Shown in pieces: positions 20,202 through 29,596 of a stretch of DNA of 64,000 nt. The notes under the pieces were generated by a model that was not told the origin of the DNA, searched no databases, and saw nothing but the letters and a program-made list of their open reading frames with translations. The DNA is taken from positions 32,001 through 96,000 of the IMG/VR virus record IMGVR_UViG_3300031993_000027. One strand, given 5' to 3'. Origin of the DNA: a virus (lineage: Duplodnaviria > Caudoviricetes). The position numbers and the translations under genes are program-made. The stretch's first letter is position 1. The number at the start of each line of letters is the position of its first letter.

Positions 20202-20453
20202 TTACTCTTCAGAGGAAATAGCATCGAGGGTGATTGTAACGCCTGTCGGCTTTTCCAGTGAATCGTAGTAGATTGCTTCCTCGGAAGATGTTGCTGTGAG
20301 TTCAAGACCCTGACCTTCAGAGTGGTCGTCGTCTACACCACCGACTGTCTTCCAAAGATTTGCACGATACAACTGAAAAGTAAAAGGCTTATCAGATACA
20401 TTCTGAATTGTAACCTTCATAGGCTCTTTGTAATCAACGTTAGTAATAGCCAT
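20202..20453 (-). CDS. Small protein downstream of the MCP (possible head decoration)
   Basis: Strong RBS and position. Confidence 0.5.
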   Translation of the reverse strand: MAITNVDYKEPMKVTIQNVSDKPFTFQLYRANLWKTVGGVDDDHSEGQGLELTATSSEEAIYYDSLEKPTGVTITLDAISSEE

Positions 20454-20489
20454 ATTCTTTACTCCTTTTAAGTTTGTTTTTAGAAATCC

Positions 20490-20515
20490 CTCTAGGTGAG
20501 TTGCCCCACCTAGAG
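20490..20515 (-). terminator. Hairpin after the major capsid gene
   Basis: CTCTAGGTG...CACCTAGAG. Confidence 0.6.
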
Positions 20516-20554
20516 TTCATCCGAAAGATAAATGAGGGTATATGATGAAACTGC

Positions 20555-21979
20555 TTATGCTGTTACCTGTCCTGCAATGTAGAGGTTAGGGTTAACCATC
20601 TTCTTGCCGTACATCGTAGCCCATGCTCTCTGACCACGGAAGTCTGCATCCATGATAAGGTCAGTAGCCGTGATAGGCATATAAGGACAATAGAAGTAAC
20701 CTGCGTCAAACATATTGTTACCCTTGTAGCCCATTACATACTTATCCTGTGGGAAAGCAGGGTTTACATAAACCTTGATGTTACCAATCATACCGCAGTA
20801 GTAAGAACCGTTTGCAACGTTACCACTCGGTTTGAAGTTCCTCATGGATTCGAGAACTGTCTTTACACCAAGACCGCAAATCATAAAGTTTGCGGATACC
20901 TTACGTGTAGCACCTGCGATAGCGTTAGAACTATCGTTGATTCTCTCGATGAATCCGTCGTAGTGGTCTGCAAGACTTACGCCACCAGGCAGTGACTTAG
21001 ACCATGTACGAGGTGTGAGAAGAGGATTTGTGTTACCAACAGCACTCTTCAGGAGGTCAAACGTAATCTCGTTGTCGATTTCGTAAGCCATTTCGCCCGA
21101 AGCCTGTGTAGCAAGCAACTCTTCGATGTTCTGACCATATTCCTTCTGAAGTTCATAAGAAGCATCAAAAGCCCAATATGCTCTAAGTGTACGAGCCGTT
21201 GCAATAACAGGGAGGCTCTGCATTTCGAGACCGATTTCAGGAACGTTTGTGAATCCTGCGCCACCGATAGCACCGTCACCCTCTGTACCACTTGCTGTCT
21301 CACCTGCTGTACCGAATGTATCGAAGCCGTTAGAACGTACTTCCTCATTCATAAAGTAGTAAGATACGAATACCTTCTTACCGTTTGTAGGTGCTGTTGT
21401 AAGCGTTACAGATGTTGCTGTAAGACCGTTTGTGTCGATAGCATAAGTTGTGCCATCTTCGTCAACGATAACAGCCTTGTAGTCACCGTTAGCATCCTTA
21501 GATGTGTCAACAGGTGTCCAATCGAGGCTGAACTGCTTGTTAGAACCATCACCTGTTCCTACCATTTCTCTGTTAACGAATGCGGATGTGTAATCCATGT
21601 CAGAGAACGAACCGTGGATGGAACTATTGAATGTAGTACCTGCCTTTGTCTCACCCTTGTTAGACTGATACTGATAGTTGAGGTAGTTAATCATACCAAC
21701 TCTGTTATCCATTGGCTGAACAGCAACTACGTCAAATGCGATAAGGTTAGGTACGGAAGCGGTAAGGATATCAAGAGCATATCTCTTGTACTGACCGATT
21801 TGAGCAGGGTTTGTTGCTTCCATAGCCTTAATACGAGACTGTGTGTTCTCCAAGCAATGAGCAAGAGCGACCTTCTTCTCGAAAGTCATAGGCTTACCCT
21901 GTACCTTCTCTACCATTGCAATTCTCTTAGCGAACTTACTGATAAGGTAAGCACTTCTTTGGTTAATCAAATTAGCCAT
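20555..21979 (-). CDS. Major capsid protein (T4 gp23-like)
   Basis: PNLIAFDVVAVQPM, ARTLRAYW, EMAYEIDNEI, DAGYFYCPY motifs. Confidence 0.95.
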   Translation of the reverse strand: MANLINQRSAYLISKFAKRIAMVEKVQGKPMTFEKKVALAHCLENTQSRIKAMEATNPAQIGQYKRYALDILTASVPNLIAFDVVAVQPMDNRVGMINYLNYQYQSNKGETKAGTTFNSSIHGSFSDMDYTSAFVNREMVGTGDGSNKQFSLDWTPVDTSKDANGDYKAVIVDEDGTTYAIDTNGLTATSVTLTTAPTNGKKVFVSYYFMNEEVRSNGFDTFGTAGETASGTEGDGAIGGAGFTNVPEIGLEMQSLPVIATARTLRAYWAFDASYELQKEYGQNIEELLATQASGEMAYEIDNEITFDLLKSAVGNTNPLLTPRTWSKSLPGGVSLADHYDGFIERINDSSNAIAGATRKVSANFMICGLGVKTVLESMRNFKPSGNVANGSYYCGMIGNIKVYVNPAFPQDKYVMGYKGNNMFDAGYFYCPYMPITATDLIMDADFRGQRAWATMYGKKMVNPNLYIAGQVTA

Positions 21980-21997
21980 AGTAAAAAATCTCCTTTA

Positions 21998-23596
21998 TTA
22001 GTCTACTTTGTGTCCGAAGTTCTGTAAGAAATTCATTGTCTGTCTATCTTCATCATTGAGACCAATACTGCTTTCAAATCCGACAGGCTTAATAGCGATA
22101 GGAAGTTTACTAAGTCTTCTCTTCTCGTCTGACAACTGCTCAACTATCATATCAACGTCTTGAATACCATAGTTAGCAGGAAGCATCTGTCTGACCTTGT
22201 TTTGGTCTATTCCTTCGGATAAACACTTTGTTCCAATGTATCTTTCGAGCACTTCAGACATTTGTGTTTTTTGTTCTGTAAGTCTGTTAGATACATTTTG
22301 CATCTTGTTCTCGGTCAACATCTGACTGTTGTTAACCTTTTCCAAGTCAGAGTTAAGAGCGTTGTTCTCTTCGTAGAGAGAATCCAACTCGTTAGCCTTG
22401 TTAGACAACTCGTTCTCCAACTCAATTATCCTGCCCTCGTTTTCCTTATTGGCTTCGGTAAGGCTTTCTAACTGATTGTCCTTAGATTCGAGTTCCTTTG
22501 TCAAAGTAGAAGTTTCCCTCTTTGCCTCCGACAATTCTCTTCTAAGAGAATGAATCTGTCTCTTTGCTTCTTCGAGTTGTGCCTTTAAAGTTTCTGTTTC
22601 TTCGGAATAGGATTCTTCAAGTCTCCTGACCCTAGAACTTGCCTTATTCAACTTTTCCATAACGTCACGGTTTACTCTTTCAAGTCTCTCGTTCTTTACT
22701 TCAAGTCTCCTAAGAACTCTCTTGCTAGAAATGGATTCGGCTTTGTAGTCCTCTTTGAGTTCGTTCATCTTCTTATCACTAATATTATTAGCCTCTTTAA
22801 GAGATTCTAACTCGGACTTCAAGTTCTCGTTCTCTTCTGCAAGATTTCCCAAATCTTCTTCCAACTTGCTAGACAGATTCGCTCCGTCTACGTTGGACAA
22901 TCTATTGTCGATTGATTCTCTGATAGAATCAAGATTCGGCATATTTACGGATTCTGCTAATCTCTTTAACCCGATTAGTTCATCCTTAGTCGTGGCATTC
23001 TCTATCTCCTTTGTGAAGATATCAGTTACCTTTGCCCTTGCAACTGATTCAACCTTGTCAGGTCTTGCTGACTTAACAGCAGGTTGTACTACCATATCGT
23101 GACCGTAATACGAATATGTGTCAGGGTCGATTATCGTCTCTCCGTTTCTTTCGATTTCATCACCGAGACCTCTTGATGAAACACCTATCTTACATCCATA
23201 ATCAATGAGAGACTTCAGGATACGTCCCTGCGGTGTGTCGAGGATATCGAACTCTACCCAAAGGATACTTTCATTCTCTCTGATTTCCATATTGGTAAGA
23301 ACAACTGCAACCTCTTTTAGTGAAGAATCTATGCGTTCTGTCGGATGGTCAAGTTCCCCAAAACAAGTGTGAGTTTCCATCATTTCCTTGTAATCGTCAG
23401 AGTTCATTACATTACGCCACAACTGAATGTCATATCTACGACCATTTCTTGTTGGTGCGTTGAACTCTGCTCCGATACCTGCAAGGTGTCCTAAACAATT
23501 CGGATTAGTTACAGGTGCTTCACTGTATTCGAGTACAGTCTGAAGTCTCTCTGTCAAAACTTTCTTAGCCATTATCTCGCCCTTCTCTTTTGACAT
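21998..23596 (-). CDS. Prohead protease (gp21-like) fused to a coiled-coil scaffold (probable start 23572)
   Basis: TRNGRRY, GELDHP (His), ILDTPQG, GVSSRGLG (Ser), then a long coiled coil. Confidence 0.9.
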   Translation of the reverse strand: MSKEKGEIMAKKVLTERLQTVLEYSEAPVTNPNCLGHLAGIGAEFNAPTRNGRRYDIQLWRNVMNSDDYKEMMETHTCFGELDHPTERIDSSLKEVAVVLTNMEIRENESILWVEFDILDTPQGRILKSLIDYGCKIGVSSRGLGDEIERNGETIIDPDTYSYYGHDMVVQPAVKSARPDKVESVARAKVTDIFTKEIENATTKDELIGLKRLAESVNMPNLDSIRESIDNRLSNVDGANLSSKLEEDLGNLAEENENLKSELESLKEANNISDKKMNELKEDYKAESISSKRVLRRLEVKNERLERVNRDVMEKLNKASSRVRRLEESYSEETETLKAQLEEAKRQIHSLRRELSEAKRETSTLTKELESKDNQLESLTEANKENEGRIIELENELSNKANELDSLYEENNALNSDLEKVNNSQMLTENKMQNVSNRLTEQKTQMSEVLERYIGTKCLSEGIDQNKVRQMLPANYGIQDVDMIVEQLSDEKRRLSKLPIAIKPVGFESSIGLNDEDRQTMNFLQNFGHKVD

Positions 23597-23759
23597 ATGA
23601 TAAGCGTCAGAATCGCTCCAACGCTAGTTTCCGTCTCCAAAATTTACAGTACAGGTGATAGGGTAGTTTTGTTCTGTTTTTTAGGCTACCGTAACATAAC
23701 CTGTACTATTATTGTACCACTTCCCTTTAATTTTAACTTTTCTTCTTTTATTTTGCAAT

Positions 23760-23863
23760 AAGGAAAACCCCTTACCACGTTTGCAATGGTAAGGGGTTCA
23801 AGGAGAATAGTATGAGATATAAGAGTTGGATAGTGACTTATTCAAGTGACCTTTTTATCGGTC
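23760..23863 (-). ncRNA. Candidate small RNA
   Basis: TGGTATAAT extended -10 at 23870-23878, 5' hairpin, strong terminator at 23766-23798, no minus-strand ORF. Confidence 0.4.
23766..23798 (-). terminator. Intrinsic terminator
   Basis: AACCCCTTACCA...TGGTAAGGGGTT followed by T-run. Confidence 0.7.
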
Positions 23864-23987
23864 AGGTACATTATACCATAAGTTTAACTGTTCTGCTACC
23901 TGCCTAGAGTAAAGTTTTCTCGATGAAAGGGGGGTTGTCCTTTCTATGTGTTTTTGTCATCTAGGCAAGTAACACAGCCTTTAACTG

Positions 23988-24215
23988 TCAGTCAGGATTA
24001 AATCTAACCTCGAATCTATCCTGCGGAGGATAACCGCAATTCCCACAATCGTCTACAAGGATAAGATAACCCTCGGAGGAAATATACCAATCGTCGATAT
24101 CACAGTAGATAAGGTTGGACTGTTTAAACCACTTCTCTTTGAAGATGTGATTATGGTCGAAGATAGGTTCTTTGCCTGTCCTCTTGTCTATAACGATGAA
24201 TGATAACTTAGCCAT
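23988..24215 (-). CDS. Hypothetical protein
   Basis: Coupled small ORF with RBS. Confidence 0.6.
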   Translation of the reverse strand: MAKLSFIVIDKRTGKEPIFDHNHIFKEKWFKQSNLIYCDIDDWYISSEGYLILVDDCGNCGYPPQDRFEVRFNPD

Positions 24216-24408
24216 AGATAATCTCCCTGATTTTCTCTAATGCTTTCTCGCTGTCTATGTCGGGGTCGAGCCAACGTTCTACTTCGTTTACCTTGCGGAT
24301 ACATTCGATTGCCTTGCGTATTGCATCTATCTGCTCTTCAAAAGTATAATTAAGAAATGCAGATATAGACAGATTATCAAGTATCTTGATTGTTTCTTCA
24401 CTATTCAC
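24208..24408 (-). CDS. Hypothetical protein
   Basis: Coupled small ORF. Confidence 0.55.
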   Translation of the reverse strand: MNSEETIKILDNLSISAFLNYTFEEQIDAIRKAIECIRKVNEVERWLDPDIDSEKALEKIREIIYG

Positions 24409-24565
24409 GATTGTTTCTCCCTGTATCTCTTTAAAGTCTCCAAGGCTGTCTCGATATCATTACGTTCCTTGCTTGTCAGATACAGTTCAAGAACGATATC
24501 GTCTTTGTGCCTTATGAGAATGTCCATTGCTTCTTCCAAGGTCATCTTAGTCATCCCCTTCCTTG

Positions 24566-24850
24566 TTAAAGCCTACTTAATTCTTTCAGAATAGTGTTGA
24601 GCAGGTTTTTCTTAAATCTGTCAATCCTGCCGTTGGTGTCATCGTTATAACCTCTAAGCCACTTTTCCTTAAAGTTCTTGACAGTTTCCCTGTATTTGCT
24701 CTCACTTATGTCTAAACTTTGCCACCACTCTAGGTCGTGAAGGACTTCTGCTAAGTCGTGGATAAGTTCTTCAAGTTCACTGTCGCTCATTTCACCCGAA
24801 TAAGTGCTTTCGAATGTATTGTACATATAGTTAAAACTTCCACCTGACAT
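24566..24850 (-). CDS. Hypothetical phage protein (MSGGSFNY family)
   Basis: MSGGSFNY...LHDLEWWQS motif. Confidence 0.65.
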   Translation of the reverse strand: MSGGSFNYMYNTFESTYSGEMSDSELEELIHDLAEVLHDLEWWQSLDISESKYRETVKNFKEKWLRGYNDDTNGRIDRFKKNLLNTILKELSRL

Positions 24851-24890
24851 GGTTAACTCTTCTCTCTTTCTTTATTGTCTTTCATAGTAT

Positions 24891-24915
24891 CTTAACGAAT
24901 GTTTAGGATTGAATC
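24891..24915 (-). promoter_or_regulatory. Class B promoter-like motif GATTCAA-N10-TCGTTAAG
   Basis: One of 5 copies with identical spacing. Confidence 0.6.
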
Positions 24916-25712
24916 TCCTCTTTAGGAGCGAGTATTACCTTTTCAGGTTCATCAGGAACGGTATAAGGGAATGTTACCTCTACACGGCTTTGTCCACTCT
25001 GAAACCATGACTTGCCACCATCATCAGAAAATACCTTGCCCTCTATGTCATAGGCTTTGCCATCCTTGTCTTTGAACACAGAAGAATATCTCTTGTTCTG
25101 ATAATGTCCGTTTGTTATCTCTCCCCATTCGTCATCCTCTCCTGTAAGTGGAGATAATGGCTTGAACCTTGCAAGTCTGTTGAAGTAGTCACAGTTAATG
25201 CTGAATCCTGAATGTCCCTGACTGCTGATAACCTTGATAAGAGCGAGAACATCCTTGTTCAGTCTTTCCTGATACTCGTCTCCTATGCGAGTAATCCTAC
25301 GCAACTCACTCTTGGCGTACTTAACAAGATGGTCTTCTTCGTCATAGTAGTCGGTTTCTTCGTCACAATAAGTTCTTTCTTCTTCGTCTTCTTCTTCATC
25401 AAAGTCTTCGTCATCTTCATATTCAACTTTGCGCACTCTCATTAGTTCTTTACCGTTTTTCGCTTTTTCCTCTTCTTCGGTATCAACTAATCTTCTGCAA
25501 AGGTCTTGAAGTTCAGAAAATGTTTCCCTTTTGTCTGTCCTAAAATCGACATGATACCATCCGCAATCATAAGTTATTGAAAAAGACGAATACTTTTCCT
25601 TGAAAACCTCTTTGCAGAATTTTTCTACCGTTTCTAAAGAATCTTCACATTCGGTATGAAACTCAATACAATACCTGTTGGTTGATTCATATGATGTTCT
25701 AAAAAATGACAT
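24903..25712 (-). CDS. Hypothetical protein (QGHSGFS/PLTGEDDEW family)
   Basis: Recognisable phage motif; RBS. Confidence 0.7.
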   Translation of the reverse strand: MSFFRTSYESTNRYCIEFHTECEDSLETVEKFCKEVFKEKYSSFSITYDCGWYHVDFRTDKRETFSELQDLCRRLVDTEEEEKAKNGKELMRVRKVEYEDDEDFDEEEDEEERTYCDEETDYYDEEDHLVKYAKSELRRITRIGDEYQERLNKDVLALIKVISSQGHSGFSINCDYFNRLARFKPLSPLTGEDDEWGEITNGHYQNKRYSSVFKDKDGKAYDIEGKVFSDDGGKSWFQSGQSRVEVTFPYTVPDEPEKVILAPKEEIQS

Positions 25713-25726
25713 TATCTTGTTCCTCC

Positions 25727-26038
25727 TTACTTTTTTGCCTTTAACCTCTGTCCGTCGTGTTCACAGTATTCACCGTCTATTCCATATCTGCTCCCACATT
25801 CAGGACAAAACTTAGAATGACCTTCCTCAATCCAATACCCTGCAATCATACCTGCAAAAAAACTTAGTACCAATACAAGTCCAATCACTGTTACAAGCAC
25901 ATCAAATGAAATGCTAATCTTGTCTTTCAAGTTCATAGGACACACTTCGCAATTATGGAAGCAGTGATGTTCAAACGTATATTTTATTTTCTCTGAATCA
26001 ACAAGTGACATATTACCTCCTACAATAATAGTGTTCAC
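25727..26038 (-). CDS. Membrane protein with zinc ribbon
   Basis: One TM helix; CPECG..YCEHDG. Confidence 0.55.
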   Translation of the reverse strand: MNTIIVGGNMSLVDSEKIKYTFEHHCFHNCEVCPMNLKDKISISFDVLVTVIGLVLVLSFFAGMIAGYWIEEGHSKFCPECGSRYGIDGEYCEHDGQRLKAKK

Positions 26039-26408
26039 ACTTCGTTGCGTCTAAGGGTACTATTGTTCTCATACAGGCACATCCGAATCCGTGGTCATCA
26101 AGCCATTCCCACTCTGTACAGGTCTCACAGGAAGGGAATACAAGTTGTATTTCAAGAACAGGACGACCCCAAGCATCTACCGAGAGAGTGTATTTCTTTA
26201 CATAAGCCTCATAATAGTTCTTAGGAACGTCGTTTATTACACCGTCGAAAAAGAAGTTTCTCCCTCTTCCAATATCAACGGTTATCGACACAACAGTATA
26301 TTCATCAAAGGGTTTAAAGATTTGTTCTAACGTCATATTAGTATTCCTCGTACTGTATAGAATAATTCCATGACATAGGATAACTCCATGATAAACCGCC
26401 TCTTTCAA
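26013..26408 (-). CDS. Hypothetical protein (probable start near 26336)
   Basis: GAGG RBS before MTLEQIF. Confidence 0.55.
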   Translation of the reverse strand: MKEAVYHGVILCHGIILYSTRNTNMTLEQIFKPFDEYTVVSITVDIGRGRNFFFDGVINDVPKNYYEAYVKKYTLSVDAWGRPVLEIQLVFPSCETCTEWEWLDDHGFGCACMRTIVPLDATKCEHYYCRR

Positions 26409-26766
26409 GTTCGAAGCGTTCTATCAGGTATTCCCTGACCACATTTTCTTCCTCATAATCAAGAAGAATATCTATGTGACGAATCCCTCCAATCATCCCT
26501 CTAAAATTCATTAGACGAACTAATCTACTTAAAGAGATAGAAAGTTCTGATTCTTTTAAGTCCTTTAAGTTTGTTATCCACTCTGCCACTTGTTCATATA
26601 AATCGGCTTTATCACGGTATTCTTTTACTATGGGATTATATGGAGATAGAGGACTTGCTATTCTTTCTCCCATGGGTCTGTATCTTTCCGCATCTTCTCT
26701 AAGTTTTTCAGCCTTTTTTATAAAGTATTTGACCGCAAAGTATTTGATTGTTTCTTCGTTATCCAT
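26338..26766 (-). CDS. Hypothetical protein
   Basis: RBS; coupled ORF. Confidence 0.6.
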   Translation of the reverse strand: MDNEETIKYFAVKYFIKKAEKLREDAERYRPMGERIASPLSPYNPIVKEYRDKADLYEQVAEWITNLKDLKESELSISLSRLVRLMNFRGMIGGIRHIDILLDYEEENVVREYLIERFELERGGLSWSYPMSWNYSIQYEEY

Positions 26767-27358
26767 TGCTTTCTCCCTTCAAGGCTTCGATTGCCATATC
26801 TATCGCCTCGTTCACTTCTATGTCTTTAGGATATTCGGGAAACGGATATTTAAGAGATTCCAGTGTCTTGATTGCATCTTCTTTTGTCGGTAACAAATCT
26901 TCCTGTTCGAATCCTTCTCCATAACCGTAATCGTATTCACACTTCCATACAGTACCATCAGGTTCAATCATTTCTGCAATATAAGGATTATTAGTGTTGT
27001 ATCCTGAAGTAAATCTGAACTTGTAGTCATTGTACTCAAACTCAACTTCACCATAATCCCACCAATCCATTTCGTCGGTCTTATACGAAATCTCTTTAAT
27101 TCCGTCTTCGGTGAGTTTGTAGATTTCAGGAAGACCTTGTTTGTGGCAAAGAACACGAATGTTTCCATCACCCAAAATTCCATGATGGATATGGTCTATC
27201 CAATCTATAAGAATTTCGTTACTTACCTTAAAAGTCCCTTCATTGGGTTTAAACAATGGAACGTCCTCTTTATCTTTGCGACGTTCACCGTTCTTGTAAA
27301 CAAAAGCACCATAATCGCAATAAGCCATATTATTCCTCCTCTTCTTGCCTTGCGTCAA
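26759..27358 (-). CDS. Hypothetical protein (MAYCDYGAFV family)
   Basis: RBS before MAYCDY. Confidence 0.6.
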   Translation of the reverse strand: MTQGKKRRNNMAYCDYGAFVYKNGERRKDKEDVPLFKPNEGTFKVSNEILIDWIDHIHHGILGDGNIRVLCHKQGLPEIYKLTEDGIKEISYKTDEMDWWDYGEVEFEYNDYKFRFTSGYNTNNPYIAEMIEPDGTVWKCEYDYGYGEGFEQEDLLPTKEDAIKTLESLKYPFPEYPKDIEVNEAIDMAIEALKGESNG

Positions 27359-27367
27359 TTAGTCGTG

Positions 27368-27646
27368 TCATTCTTTATCACCTCTCATATCTGTACCACA
27401 GTGCCAACAATAAGGAACTTCTATTGAACCCGAATGTATATCACTATGATGACATTTATTGCATTCGTAAAGGTTGTTACCCCCATCGTCGTAATCGGTT
27501 TCTTTTAAAATCCACTCACCTTTTGGTCTTTCATTATAAGGTGTTCCGTTTGCAATAATATTTTGGTCTACTGTGTCCGTTCTGTTAAACACACACTCTC
27601 TGCAAAATTCATAATACCTTTCGGGTATATCAATTATCAGTTTCAT
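27368..27646 (-). CDS. Zn-ribbon hypothetical protein (MKLIIDIPE...KGEW...CxxC)
   Basis: Modular Firmicutes-phage motif set. Confidence 0.65.
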   Translation of the reverse strand: MKLIIDIPERYYEFCRECVFNRTDTVDQNIIANGTPYNERPKGEWILKETDYDDGGNNLYECNKCHHSDIHSGSIEVPYCWHCGTDMRGDKE

Positions 27647-27830
27647 TGTCTGCCTCCTGTTTTGGGTATACCTGTTCGCCTCCTATCAGAACCTTAACTT
27701 GCTTCTTCTGTTCGGCTTCGAGCAATCCGTATTTGTATCCACGTTCCCATGCTTGCGCTACTATCTGTTCGATTGCCCCCTTCATTCCCTCAAGATTTTT
27801 CAGTTTTGTTTCTGTCTTTGTCTTACTCAT
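27630..27830 (-). CDS. Hypothetical protein
   Basis: GGAGGCAGACAATG junction. Confidence 0.6.
   Translation of the reverse strand: MSKTKTETKLKNLEGMKGAIEQIVAQAWERGYKYGLLEAEQKKQVKVLIGGEQVYPKQEADNETDN
27644..27657 (-). repeat. 14-bp gene-junction repeat GGAGGCAGACAATG (also at 27828, 28102, 40651, 41036)
   Basis: Five identical copies at gene starts. Confidence 0.85.
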
Positions 27831-28104
27831 TGTCTGCCTCCTTTAACCTCTTATTTGTATCACCGTAATCATAACCAACAGGCACTCTCTTTTCTATCCA
27901 ATCGCCTTGCGGTCTTTTTTGACCATCTTCTAAGCCTTGAACATATCCAATATCGAAGTTATCTCTGATTTCAACTGTCGGGGCATTGTCAATCATACCT
28001 AAAACTTCATCTTTCATTATCCAAGTGTTTACACCATCATAAGAATAAGCACATTCTTTAAGCACTTCTTTCAAAGCACTACGGCTTATTAAATCATTGT
28101 TCAT
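27823..28104 (-). CDS. Hypothetical protein (LISRSALKE...IDNAPTVE module)
   Basis: Shares a 92-bp block with 41035..41499. Confidence 0.65.
   Translation of the reverse strand: MNNDLISRSALKEVLKECAYSYDGVNTWIMKDEVLGMIDNAPTVEIRDNFDIGYVQGLEDGQKRPQGDWIEKRVPVGYDYGDTNKRLKEADNE
27995..28086. repeat. 92-bp exact direct repeat, copy 1 (copy 2 at 41183-41274)
   Basis: Base-by-base comparison. Confidence 0.9.
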
Positions 28105-28288
28105 TGTCTGCCTCCTTCATATCATCAACCAAAGTGTCAATATACAATCTTGTAGTCTTTTTAGTGTGAATATCAGTACAAGCCACATATCCGTTAGTAT
28201 TTTCTATAAGGTGTCCTATTTTGTACTGTCTACCATTAAATTCAAATATTTCGCCTGTGTGCATAAATCCTATGGTTGTTTTACTCAT
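28094..28288 (-). CDS. Hypothetical protein
   Basis: Coupled ORF. Confidence 0.6.
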   Translation of the reverse strand: MSKTTIGFMHTGEIFEFNGRQYKIGHLIENTNGYVACTDIHTKKTTRLYIDTLVDDMKEADNEQ

Positions 28289-28671
28289 TCTTCTTTCTCC
28301 TTATATGGTCTTGGTAATTCTTGCCAAGCAACAACTTTTGAATATGAATGGAACTCACTTCCCAAACTACCTAATGTTCGGCTGTCAAATTGTTCTTGCC
28401 AAATACCGAATTGTTCACACCCTTCATCATAACTTCCTATAAATGAATATTCATCTTCTTCGCTTTCATCTATTTTGCCCCATAGTAAGTAATCACCCTC
28501 TTCTTCGGGCAATCTCTCGCTAACAGGAATCCACTCGCCCTTTGTTCTTTCATCATAAGGTTTACCTTTCCTCAGAATATCCCTCATATCAGCACAAAGC
28601 AGAGCAGACCATTGGTTTTCTTCATCAAAACTCTTTTTCATTCCTTCAGGAAGTTCAATTACTAGTTTCAT
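28285..28671 (-). CDS. DUF551-like protein
   Basis: WIPVSERLPE...VVAWQELP. Confidence 0.75.
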   Translation of the reverse strand: MKLVIELPEGMKKSFDEENQWSALLCADMRDILRKGKPYDERTKGEWIPVSERLPEEEGDYLLWGKIDESEEDEYSFIGSYDEGCEQFGIWQEQFDSRTLGSLGSEFHSYSKVVAWQELPRPYKEKEE

Positions 28672-29110
28672 TTTCTTTGCCTCTCATATTCCTTTATCCT
28701 ATCTTCTTCAAGTTCAAGATAGAAACCACATTTTTTGCAATTATGAAACGGATTCCTACAACAACAATAGTCGTGTCCGTAAATATTTGAAAAGAAGTGA
28801 TACAGTTTGAGTTTTATCTTAAAAAACAACGGTTCTTTCATTCTTTATCACCTCTCATACTCTTTTAAAGAAAAATTCATAGTTCCATATTTTTTATATT
28901 TAATATACTGATAAGCATATTCAACCAAAGCACCTATCAATGTTGAATGTTGATAATAATTTGGTTCACCTTGACAACATACTATCACATTGAATTTAGG
29001 GAAATTGCATTTTCTTCGTATCATTCCTTCTCACCCCTTCTTCTTTTAATACCTTCATAAATCATACAAGCAAGCCAACCTGCGAAAAACGATAAGAAAA
29101 TCATCATTAT

Positions 29111-29392
29111 TTACCACCCCAACTTCTCAACAGCCTTATGTCTTATCTCGTCAACATCACTGAACCTGTCTAGGTTTTCAATGATAAACTCTCTGTAACT
29201 GGCAAACCCAACACATCCGTCCTTTGCCATCATATATTCAAAGATACTGTCTTTGTCTATGCCGTAAAGGATATTGTCATTTAACAACGCACAGGCTATG
29301 TCTAATGCTCTATCGAGTTTATCGGCTCTTGACATTTCGTATTCTCTTTCATATGAAGGATTGTACACAGTACCTAATATCTTTTCGTTCAT
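29111..29392 (-). CDS. Hypothetical protein
   Basis: ORF with RBS. Confidence 0.6.
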   Translation of the reverse strand: MNEKILGTVYNPSYEREYEMSRADKLDRALDIACALLNDNILYGIDKDSIFEYMMAKDGCVGFASYREFIIENLDRFSDVDEIRHKAVEKLGW

Positions 29393-29570
29393 TTATCCTG
29401 TTCCTCTCTCTCGTTGTTCAGTTCCTTTAACAACTTGACTACAAAACCAAGTTCTTTAGCAACTAGGGAATAATGCGGATGTTTTCTTGCCTGACTGTTA
29501 TAGAACAGCAACTTGGCTTCATAAAGTCTTATCTCTTTGTCTAAATCAATCATCATAGTCTCCTACTTTT

Positions 29571-29595
29571 CTTAACGGATTTCGAGAATTAAATC
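29571..29595 (-). promoter_or_regulatory. Class B promoter-like motif GATTTAA-N10-CCGTTAAG
   Basis: Intergenic; same spacing as the other copies. Confidence 0.6.
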
Positions 29596-29596
29596 T

